This document shows positions 37,372 through 46,899 of a DNA stretch of 64,000 bases, in pieces. The notes beneath the pieces are model-generated. The model was not told the origin of the DNA. It ran no database searches and saw nothing but the letters and a program-made list of their open reading frames with translations. Position numbers and translations under genes: made by a program. The stretch's first letter is position 1; each line of letters opens with the position of its first letter. This stretch comes from Eledone cirrhosa (Eukaryota): contig OZ024744.1 of assembly GCA_964016885.1 (NCBI GenBank), positions 123,194,001 through 123,258,000 of the forward strand. Direction: 5' to 3'.

Positions 37372-40300
37372 ATGGCTGATATAAGAGTTGGGTTTCTGAA
37401 TGTACGTGGCCTGGGACTGTCTTGGAAACAAGGCAAACTTTTAAACGATCTCAGGTCACATAGAATGGATGTAATGGCTATTTGCGAGTCCAGGATCAGC
37501 AGCGAGCACCAACTGGCGCCCCTCTTCGACGACTTTGAGATCTTCGCATCTCTCTGTCAACCGGGGGGTGGGGGTGGAGTTGTCGTTCTGCTGCGAAAAC
37601 ACCTGGGCCTCGCCATACAGAAGGTGCACCTGGACCCGGAGGGTCGACTGGTGGTTTTAGACGTCGGCAGTAGTGAAAGTGGAGCCCTTAGACTAATAGC
37701 TGTGTACGCCCCTTTTTGGGCAGCGCGGCCGGAATACTTCCAACGTCTGGAAACTTTTCTGGGAACGTCCCGCTCCTTGCTTTTAGTGGGGGACTGGAAT
37801 GGTATCCTGGATGCACGTTGGGACTATGTAGGGGCATGTGCCAATAGAGGGGGGTGTAAAAGCCTCAAAAGGTTAATCGGCCGATTTGACCTGGCCGATA
37901 GATATCGACTAGATTTTCCGACTGTACCACTATGGACGTGGACCAATCGCAGTGGAACATCTAGGTCGTACCTAGATAGGGTCCTAGTTAGAGAGAACGA
38001 TAGGGACACATTTAGCTGTCCAAAAATGTTCATGGTTGACTATTCGGATCACAAGTTAGTGACCTGCATAGCCAACCTTGATAGAACCCATAGACAGGGA
38101 CCCGGTTACTGGAAGCTGAACTTGTCCTTACCGAGAAGCAAAGCTTACAGTAAACGGATTAGCACGTTAGTTAAGCAGAATTTGACAGGGGCAATTGTCA
38201 ACAACAGGTGGTGGAGCTCTCTTAAGAGAGCAATTAGAATAGAATCGATAGGTTTTAGTCAGGAATTAGCAAGGGATAGGAACAAGACGGAAAGGGAATT
38301 AGTAGATAGAGTAGAAGAGGCGATTAGGAGTGGCAATGTAGCCGGCGTGCTGGCATCAAGAATGGCCTTAGACCAGTTCTTTGAGGTGAAGCATGAAGGC
38401 TGCGTTGTCAGGAGTAAAATACGTGCTCTGGGTAATGAGGGAGCCAAAGCTGTAAGCTGGGCCCGAGTGACAGAGGCAAAAAGTGGGAACAAGTCCACGA
38501 TTCGGTCTTTGAAGGACCAGGATGGGCGTGTGATCCTTGAACCTGGGCAGATGTGTGCGGCCTTTCAGCGGCACTTTGCACGACTGTTCGAGAGGGGCGG
38601 CGCGCCGGGTGAGACTATGGATTTCAATCCATACCTCGACGGTCTGCCGCGCCTCTCGGACGCGGAGGCGAAGTCCTGCGAAAGGACGATTTCAGCTGCT
38701 GAGATAGGGGCGGCGCTGAGCCAATGCGGCAAACGCAAATCCCCGGGTCTCGATGGTCTACCATACGAGCTATATGTAGCGATGCCGGACTTGTTCTCCG
38801 ATATCCTCGAAGCGGTCTACTGCAACTGGCAGCAGAACGGGAGAATTCCCAGTTCTGTGACCAAGGGCGTAGTTACGCTGGTGAGGAAGGATGAGAACAA
38901 GGGGGATGACATAAGTAACTTCAGGCCCATAACTCTGCTAAATACAGAGTTAAAGATTTTGGCCAAGGTGTTAGCGAAGAGGTTGGCGCTTGTCGTTGGA
39001 AACCTGGTGGGAGAAGCGCAGACATGCGCAATCCCGTCCAGGTCCATTCACGACAATCTCCACCTTATGCGATACATCATAGAGAGGGTAGGGAATGAAC
39101 CCGGCTTTGGTGGGGCCCTGATCAACTTGGATCAATCTAAAGCTTTCGATAGGGTTGACCATCGTTACCTGGATGCGGTGCTCGCGGCGGCAGGCTTCGG
39201 ACCCGTTTTCAGGGGTTGGATTGCTGCGATGCACAGCAGCAACGTCTGCTCAAGGGTCAAGGTGAACGGCCACCTCTCGGAGCCGTTCCAAATCATGCGA
39301 TCCATCCGACAGGGATGCCCTCTCTCCTCCCTACTGTATGTGCTGGCTCTTGAGCCACTACTGCGGAAGTTGGAGCGGTTGCAGGGCATCCCTTTGGAAC
39401 CGGGATTGCAGAAAGCGGCGTCGGCCTACGCCGATGACGTGACAGTAATGGTGTCGAAAACCTCGCAAATCGGTGAGATCGGCACCTTACTGGAGGAATA
39501 TGAAAGGTTTACAGGAGCCAAGCTGAACCGGGACAAGTCCGTCGGTTTGCAACTCGGAACATGGAGAGGCAAACCGATGCCCTCCAACGACGTCGTCGGA
39601 CGCTGGACGGAGGGCCCGGTGAAGCTGCTTGGGGTCTGGTTCGGACCAGACCTCCAGGTGGAGAAAAACTGGAACGAGGTAACGGCCAGGGTGTTTGCAC
39701 TCACCCAGAAGTGGGCCCAGTGCAAACTATCCCTGAAAGGTCGAGCGGAGGTGGCGAATACTTATATAGCATCCGTCATCTACTACCGCTTGACCGTCGT
39801 GCCTTGCCCAGTGAAAAGACTCGCCAAAATGGAGTGCGCGCTGTTCCAATTTCTTTGGAACAAGCGGACCCCTTTGGTGAGGAGATCCATCTGCTGTCAA
39901 CACCCTTCGAAAGGAGGGCTGGGGATGCCGTGGCTACAGATGCGTAAACACGCATTAAGGCTACGGCACCTCCAGGTATTCCTCACCGGTCAACCGGTGT
40001 GGGCCCCGTTTGTGAGGCGAGCCTTTCCCAGACTCGTCTCGCTCACCGAGCTGCAATCCTGGGTCAAGCAAAGACCGAGAAAAGTGGGCGACTGGCACAT
40101 TGAATGTGCCCAGGCGCTCACGGCCCTCTGGAAAGCGGACCCGGCAATCAGTGGAGACTCCACCTCGACATTCTATAGAGGGTTGGTACGCAGCAGGTGC
40201 GACGATGCTCTCGGAGAAGCTCTAGGCATGGAGGAAGATGAACTGGCCAGTCTGTTCGGTAGGACGTTTGGCCCTGGACCGATGGACAACTTCCAAAAGT

Positions 40301-40809
40301 CCCTGGCTTGGCAGTGCTACCGAGGGGCTCTACCCGTTCGAGACAAGCTCCACAGGCATGGGAGCCTGGGTAGAGATCCTTTGAATAAGATCTGTCCGAG
40401 ATGCGTGCATGATGACGAAACCGTTGCGCACGCATTCGTACACTGCCCAGGCATTGCTGACCTGTGGGGCTATGTGGAACGACTACTGTCGAGGGTGGGA
40501 CCAATCCGGTTGACCACCGAGTCCATTGTCACGATCAAACCGCCTCCCCCTTTCAAAAACGAAGGAGAGGCGGTTTTTCTCTGTGTGGTAGCCATGGCTA
40601 AAGAAGTTGTATGGTGGACGAGGCTGAAAGGGCTGAGGTCAGACACCTTTCTCTCCGGCCAACAACTGGTCCCCTTTTTCAAATACCATTTTAAAAGAAG
40701 GATCAGAATGGAGAGAGAGGTGCTCTACCCCAGCAAGTTTTATGAAAGGTGGGTGAAAGTAGGGAGAATGGCCAGAGTGAATGGGTCTTCTCTCTATATC
40801 AGCCTGTAG
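37372..40809 (+). CDS. ORF2p: AP endonuclease, reverse transcriptase and zf-RVT (1145 aa)
   Basis: APE motifs LNVRGL, GDWN, YLDR, YSDH. RT motifs KSPGLDG, FRPITLLN, DQSKAFDRV, IRQGCPLS, YADD. Also GGLG motif and C-terminal CPRC..DETVAHAFVHC typical of L1/Tx1. Confidence 0.96.
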   Translation: MADIRVGFLNVRGLGLSWKQGKLLNDLRSHRMDVMAICESRISSEHQLAPLFDDFEIFASLCQPGGGGGVVVLLRKHLGLAIQKVHLDPEGRLVVLDVGSSESGALRLIAVYAPFWAARPEYFQRLETFLGTSRSLLLVGDWNGILDARWDYVGACANRGGCKSLKRLIGRFDLADRYRLDFPTVPLWTWTNRSGTSRSYLDRVLVRENDRDTFSCPKMFMVDYSDHKLVTCIANLDRTHRQGPGYWKLNLSLPRSKAYSKRISTLVKQNLTGAIVNNRWWSSLKRAIRIESIGFSQELARDRNKTERELVDRVEEAIRSGNVAGVLASRMALDQFFEVKHEGCVVRSKIRALGNEGAKAVSWARVTEAKSGNKSTIRSLKDQDGRVILEPGQMCAAFQRHFARLFERGGAPGETMDFNPYLDGLPRLSDAEAKSCERTISAAEIGAALSQCGKRKSPGLDGLPYELYVAMPDLFSDILEAVYCNWQQNGRIPSSVTKGVVTLVRKDENKGDDISNFRPITLLNTELKILAKVLAKRLALVVGNLVGEAQTCAIPSRSIHDNLHLMRYIIERVGNEPGFGGALINLDQSKAFDRVDHRYLDAVLAAAGFGPVFRGWIAAMHSSNVCSRVKVNGHLSEPFQIMRSIRQGCPLSSLLYVLALEPLLRKLERLQGIPLEPGLQKAASAYADDVTVMVSKTSQIGEIGTLLEEYERFTGAKLNRDKSVGLQLGTWRGKPMPSNDVVGRWTEGPVKLLGVWFGPDLQVEKNWNEVTARVFALTQKWAQCKLSLKGRAEVANTYIASVIYYRLTVVPCPVKRLAKMECALFQFLWNKRTPLVRRSICCQHPSKGGLGMPWLQMRKHALRLRHLQVFLTGQPVWAPFVRRAFPRLVSLTELQSWVKQRPRKVGDWHIECAQALTALWKADPAISGDSTSTFYRGLVRSRCDDALGEALGMEEDELASLFGRTFGPGPMDNFQKSLAWQCYRGALPVRDKLHRHGSLGRDPLNKICPRCVHDDETVAHAFVHCPGIADLWGYVERLLSRVGPIRLTTESIVTIKPPPPFKNEGEAVFLCVVAMAKEVVWWTRLKGLRSDTFLSGQQLVPFFKYHFKRRIRMEREVLYPSKFYERWVKVGRMARVNGSSLYISL

Positions 40810-41044
40810 GTGAAAGAAGAGGAAAAAGCGGAGACGAGGGAAGCACCTACTCTTTGTGCTCCTGAGGAGAAGGGTTACACATTTTTTCCGGGGTGTGTGC
40901 GACCCATGTTAATGCCCCCTCCCTATTGAGGACTTCGTTTGTTGTTGTTATTTCATTGTTATATTTTTGTACTCGTTAATTATATGTAAACTTCCCCCCT
41001 TGTATCTGTCCCTACCTTTTGTGCCCTAGTGGCAAATAAAGAAA

Positions 41045-41110
41045 CCACTCTATTTATACTATTGTATTTTCATGGTAAAGGCTTTACCTCACATAATATC
41101 TCACATAACA
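41045..41110 (+). repeat. 66-bp direct repeat between the two LINE copies
   Basis: Identical to 35339-35404 except for the first two bases (CC vs TT). Confidence 0.9.
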
Positions 41111-41321
41111 TCTCGTATACGAGAGACGTGTGTTGACGTGTGTGAACAAGCTCGGCTACCGAGTTGGATTTACTTACTCAAAAGTGAGTTTTGATTAATT
41201 TTTTTATACTGTAATATACGTTAACCCCTTGCCTTGGTCGTCAAACTTTGAGTTTATTTATTTTCGCCCCTTTTTGGGGCGAATTTTCCAGTTAAAAATT
41301 TATTACGGCAAACTAATAGAA

Positions 41322-43056
41322 ATGGACGGAATTTCCACATCTCATCCTAACGAGAAAGCCACGCCCCCTAAGAAAGGTGATACAGAGAAGCTAGAAGCAC
41401 AAGGCTCTAAGTCTTCCCTCCTCACTTCTGCAAAAGAAACATGGAACACGGAATTAAAAGAAAAATTTGTAAAAATGGGTGAAAACCCAGAAAGTCACAT
41501 AAACGCAGACAAAAACAACAATGACAATAACAGTAATAGTCACAACACCAACCAAGGAAAAAATAACGATAACACCAAACAAAGCGAACCCACTACTGGT
41601 GCCTCCTTTGCACAGGCGGTCCGGAAAACACAGACCTGCAAGCAACTGGACATCACAACTCTGAGAGAAAAGATGAAGGAAGCAAAACAGTATGTAACTT
41701 TCAAAGAAGGAGGAGACTTCACAATCACCTCCCCACAAGAAATCAAAAGAGACACGACACTAAGAACGATATCTTTCAGAACAATTTCCAACATAACAAG
41801 GAAACCAGCTCAATTATCCCAAAAAGAAATTGAGCTGGTCCTAAAAAATGTGTGGAGTGATATATCGTTCATACAAAAAGGGCCACTCTATGGGAATATA
41901 ACGGTGCTAATGAAGGATCAATTGACGGCCAGGAAATACTCTGTGGCGCCAATTGTTTCCAAGCTACACACATTTTCCCCACATATTTGGGGAAAAGAAC
42001 TCAAAAAATAAGAGTCTCCGGAATACGGCCAAATGCATGCATTTCATGGGTACTAACAGGATTTTTAGAAGACGAGGACGGAATCCTCTCAGTAGAAGTC
42101 ACCACAGACGTTTTCGGCGGTTTGAGCGTGGAGGTTCTGGTCCAAATGAGACCAGAACGAATAGCTAGAATACCACAGAGGGTGTCCCTCGATGGAGAAA
42201 CATTTATATACATTTCAGCCGAGGGTAGGAGGCCCATATGTTACTACTGTTCAAGCAGGGGTCATCTAAGGGCTGCCTGTCCTCAATTGACAAAAAAAAA
42301 GGCTCTTTTGCCTACACCCCACACACCACCACTGCCACCACCACCACCACCACCACCACTACCACCACCACCACCACCACAACAACAAAAACAACAACAA
42401 CAACAAAAACAACACAAGACACGGTCCCTCCCAAAACACACACAAACACAACAATACCCCAAAATACACCACTACCCGACAGCATGGACGAGGACCCAGC
42501 TGAAACGGCACCTAGTGACGAGGAGGGGGAACCCTTCCAACCTGTAAAAAGAAAAAAAAGAAAACACCACACGAACATAAACGAAACAAACACACAACCA
42601 CCAACAAAAACAAAACAAACAGAATAAACAAAATCCACCCCACCCCAAAACATAACACATACAACAAAACGTAAGCACACACAAGAACAACAAACAAACA
42701 CAACACAAATAAAACAGTATACATACATTAACACAAATAACAAAGAACTAGTAAAAACAATACACAAAGACCCTTCGGTGGAAACTGAAGAGCAATTCTT
42801 TGCAAGCGCGGCCAACAAACCGCATTTAAAAATGATAAGACTCCCAATGGACACCTATGCAAAATTAAGAGAGAACTTTCCTGAGGACGTGGGGAAAACA
42901 TGTACTCGACCCTATAACCGCGTCCTCTTGAAACGTTTCCCCACCCACACCTCACCAAACACCCCCACCCCACCACAGAACAACACCCCACCAAACAACC
43001 CCTCCAATACGCCCATGGATATTGTGCAACCTGCTCCTCAGGAGCCGAACAGGTAG
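41322..43056 (+). pseudogene. Disrupted ORF1 of LINE copy 2
   Basis: Split across ORFs 41229-42011, 41987-42547, 42238-42627 and 42778-43056; frameshift near 41965 and TAA at 42625. Confidence 0.9.
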
Positions 43057-43077
43057 GTCCTTCCTCTTTTAACCAAC

Positions 43078-46000
43078 ATGGCTGATATAAGAGTTGGGTG
43101 TCTGAATGTACGCGGCCTGGGACTGTCTTGGAAACAAGGCAAACTTTTAAACGATCTCAGGTCGCAGAGAATGGATGTAATGGCTATTTGCGAGTCCAGG
43201 ATCAGCAGCGAGCACCAACTGGCGCCCCTCTTCGACGACTTTGAGATCTTCGCATCTCTCTGTCAACCGGGGGGTGGGGGTGGAGTTGTCGTTCTGCTGC
43301 GAAAACACCTGGGCCTCGCCATACAGAAGGTGCACCCGGACCCAGAGGGTCGACTGGTGGTTTTAGACGTCGGCAGTAGTGAAAGTGGAGCCCTTAGACT
43401 AATTGCTGTGTACACCCCTTTTTGGGCAGCGCGGCCGGAATACTTCCAACGTCTGGAAACGTCCCGCTCCTTGCTTTTAGTGGGGGACTGGAATGGTATC
43501 CTGGATGCACGTTGGGACTATGTAGGGGCATGTGCCAATAGAGGGGGGTGTAAAAGCCTCAAAAGGTTAATCGGTCGATTTGACCTGGCCGATAGAAATT
43601 GACTAGATTTTCCGACTGAACCACTATGGACGTGGACCAATCGCAGCGGAACATCTAGGTCGTACCTACATAGGGTCCTAGTTAGAGAGAAGGATAGGGA
43701 CACATTTAGCTGTCCAAAAATGTTCATGGTTGACTATTCCGAGCACAAGTTAGTGACCTGCATAGCCAACCTTGATAGAACCCATAGACAGGGATCCGGT
43801 TACTGGAAGCTGAACTTGTCCTTACCGACAAGCAAAGCTTACAGTAAACGGATTAGCACGTTAGTTAAGCAGTGTTTGACAGGGGCAATTGTCAACAACA
43901 GGTGGTGGAGCTCTCTTAAGAGAGCAATTAGAATAGAATCGATAGGTTTTAGTCAGGAATTAGCAAGGGAAAAGAACAAGACGGAAAGGGAATTAGTAGA
44001 TAGAGTAGAAGAGGCGATTAGGAGTGGCAATGTAGCCGGCGTGCTGGCATCAAGAATGGCCTTAGACCAGTTCTTTGAGGTGAAGCATGAAGGCTGCGTT
44101 GTCAGGAGTAAAATACGTGCTCTGGGTAATGAGAGAGCCAAAGCTGTTAGCTGGGCCCGAGTGACAGAGGCAAAAAGTGGGAACAAGTCCACGATTCGGT
44201 CTTTGAAGGACCAGGATGGGCGTGTGATCCTTGAACCTGGGCAGATGTGTGTGGCCTTTCAGCGGCACTTTGCACGACTGTTCGAGAGGGGCGGCGCGCC
44301 GGGTGAGACTATGGATTTCAATACATACCTCGACGGTCTGCCGCTCCTCTCGGACGGGGAGGCGAAGTCCTGCGAAAGGCCGATTTCAGTTGCTGAGATA
44401 GGGGCGGCGCTGAGTAATGCGGCAAACGCAAATACCCGGGTCTCGATGGTCTACCATACGAGTTATATGTAGCGATGCCGGACTTGTTCTCCGATATCCT
44501 CGAAGCGGTCTATTGCAACTGGCAGCAGAACGGGAGAATTCCCAGTTCTGTGACCAAGGGCGTAGTTACGCTGGTGAGGAAGGATGAGAACAAGGGGGAT
44601 GACATAAGTAACTTCAGGCCCATAACTCTGCTAAATACAGAGTTAAAGATTTTGGCCAAGGTGTTAGCGAAGAGGTTGGCGCTTGTCGGAAACCTGGTGG
44701 GAGAAGCGCAGACATGCGCAATACCGTCCAGGTCCATTCACGACAATCTCCACCTTATGTGATACATCATAGAGAGGGTAGGGAATGAACCCGGGTTTGG
44801 TGGGGCCCTGATCAACTTGGATCAATCTAAAGCTTTCGATAGGGTTGACCATCGTTACCTGGTTGCGGTGCTCGCGACGGCAGGCTTCGGACCCGTTTTC
44901 AGGGGTTGGATTGCTGCGATGCACAGCAGCAACGTCTGCTCAAGGGTCAAGCTGAATGGCCACCTCTCGGAGCCGTTCCAAATCATGCGATCCATCCGAC
45001 AGGGATGCCCACTCCCCTCCCTTCTGAATGTGCTGGCTCTTGAGCCACTACTGCGGAAGTTGGAGCAGTTGCAGGGCATCCCTTTGGAACCGGGATTGCA
45101 GAAAGCGGCGTCGGCCTACGCTGATGACATGACAGTAATGGTGCCGAAAACCTCGCAAATCGGTGAGATCGGCACCTTACTGGAGGAATATGAAAGCTTT
45201 ACAGAAGCCAAGCTGAACCAGGACAAGTCTGTCGGTTTGCAACTCGGAACATGGAGAGGCAAACCGATGCCCTCCAACGACGTCGTCGGACGCTGGACGG
45301 AGGGCCCGGTGAAGCTGCTTGGGGTCTGGTTCGGACCAGACCTCCAGGTGGAGAAAAACTGGAACGAAGTAATGTGGACCCAGTGCAAACTATCCCTGAA
45401 AGGTCGAGCGGAGGTGGCGAATACTTATATAGCATCCGTCATCTACTACCGCTTGACCGTCGTGCCTTGCCCAGTGAAAAGACTCGCCAAAATGGAGTGC
45501 GCGCTGTTCCAATTTCTTTGGAACAAGCGAACCCCTTTGGTGAGGAGATCCATCTGCTGTCAACACCCTTCGAAAGGAGGGCTGGGGATGCCGTGGCTAC
45601 AGATACGTAAACACGCATTAAGGCTACGGCACCTCCAGGTATTCCTCACCGGTCAACCGGTGTGGACCCCGTTTGTGAGGCGAGCCTTTCCCAGACTCGT
45701 CTCGCTCACCGAGCTGCAATCCTGGGTCAAGCAAAGACCGAGAAAAATGGGCGACTGGCACATTGAATGTGCCCAGGCGCTCACGGCCCTCTGGAAAGCG
45801 GACCCAGCAATTAGTGGAGACTCCACATCGACATTCTATTCAGCAGGTGTGACGATGCTCTCGGAGAAGCTCTAGGCATGGAGGAAGATGAACTGGCCAG
45901 TCTGTTTGGTAGGACGTTTGGCCCTGGACCGATGGACAACTTCCAAAAGTCCCTGGCTTGGCAGTGCTACCGAGGGGCTCTACCCGTTCGAGACAAGCTC

Positions 46001-46458
46001 CACAGGCATGGGAGCCTGGGTAGGGATCCTTTGAATAAGATCTGTCCGAGATGCGTGCATGACGACGAAACCGTTGCGCACGCATTCGTACACTGCCCAG
46101 GCATTGCTGACCTGTGGGGCTATGTGGAACGACTACTGTCGAGGGTGGCACCAATCCGGTTGACCACCGAGTCCATTGTCACGAGCAAACCGCCTCCCCT
46201 TTCAAAAACGAAGGAGAGGCGGTTTTTCTCTGTGTGATAGCCATGGCTAAAGAAGTTGTATGGTGGACGAGGCTGAAAGGGCTGAGGTCAGACACCTTTC
46301 TCTCCGGCCAACAACTGGTCCCCTTTTTCAAATACCATTTTAAAAGAAGGATCAGAATAGAGAGAAAGGTGCTCTATCCCAGCAAGTTTTATGAAAGGTG
46401 GGTGAAAGTAGGGAGAATGGCCAGAGTGAGTGGTTCTTCTCTCTATATCAGCCTGTAG
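43078..46458 (+). pseudogene. Disrupted ORF2 (APE-RT) of LINE copy 2
   Basis: Fragments 43078-43602, 43720-44472, 44475-44762, 44817-45875, 45878-46237 and 46114-46458 tile the 1145-aa protein. Deletions near 43458, 45372 and 45840. Confidence 0.92.
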
Positions 46459-46687
46459 GTGAAAGAAAAAGAGGAGACGAGGGAAGCACCTACTCTTTGT
46501 GTTCCTGAGGAGAAGGGTTGCACATTATTTCTGGGGTGTGTGCGACCCATGTTAATGCCCCCTCCCTATTGAGCACTTCGTTTGTTGTTGTTATTTCATT
46601 GTTATATTTTTGTACTCGTTAATTATATGTAAACTTCCCCCCTTGTATCTGTCCCTACCTTTTGTGCCCTGGTGGCAAATAAAGAAA

Positions 46688-46753
46688 TTACTCTATATAT
46701 ACTATTGTATTTTCACAGTAAAGGCTTTACTTCACATAATATCTCACATAACA
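46688..46753 (+). repeat. 66-bp direct repeat at 3' flank of LINE copy 2
   Basis: TTACTCTATATATACTATTGTATTTTCACAGTAAAGGCTTTACTTCACATAATATCTCACATAACA; 4 differences from 35339-35404. Confidence 0.9.
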
Positions 46754-46899
46754 GAGAATCTATGAGATTTTGATATTATTCTTTTTGAGAATAATACCTT
46801 AACATAAGTATGATCAGCTGGATACAGCCAGTTTAAACAGAATAAGATTAGAAATTTCTGGCCGGATATGGTCGGTATAAATGCTAAAGAGTTAAATAT

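Larger units (their letters stand above)
35405..41044 (+). mobile_element. Full-length, apparently intact L1/Tx1-clade non-LTR retrotransposon (~5.64 kb)
   Basis: 5' UTR, ORF1 (zinc knuckle), 21-bp spacer, ORF2 (APE-RT-zf) and a 3' UTR ending AATAAAGAAA. Boundaries defined by comparison with copy 2 and the flanking 66-bp repeats. Confidence 0.93.
41111..46687 (+). mobile_element. Second full-length Tx1-clade LINE of the same family, decayed
   Basis: Same 5' start (TCTCGTATACGAGA) and 3' end (AATAAAGAAA) as copy 1, with highly similar sequence but multiple frameshifts, stops and small deletions. Confidence 0.93.
35276..46895. mobile_element. piggyBac-like MITE, copy 2 (left TIR degenerate or lost), hosting two Tx1-clade LINEs
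   Basis: 35276-35404 and 46688-46895 match MITE copy 1. The right end is AATGCTAAAGAG-TTAA at 46880-46895. Confidence 0.72.

Noticed and set aside
35339-46753. 66-bp repeats interpreted as LTRs or DIRS/Penelope-type terminal repeats
   Set aside because: ORF2 is APE-RT with no integrase or tyrosine recombinase, and the repeat also occurs without the LINE inside the MITE at 31555-31621.
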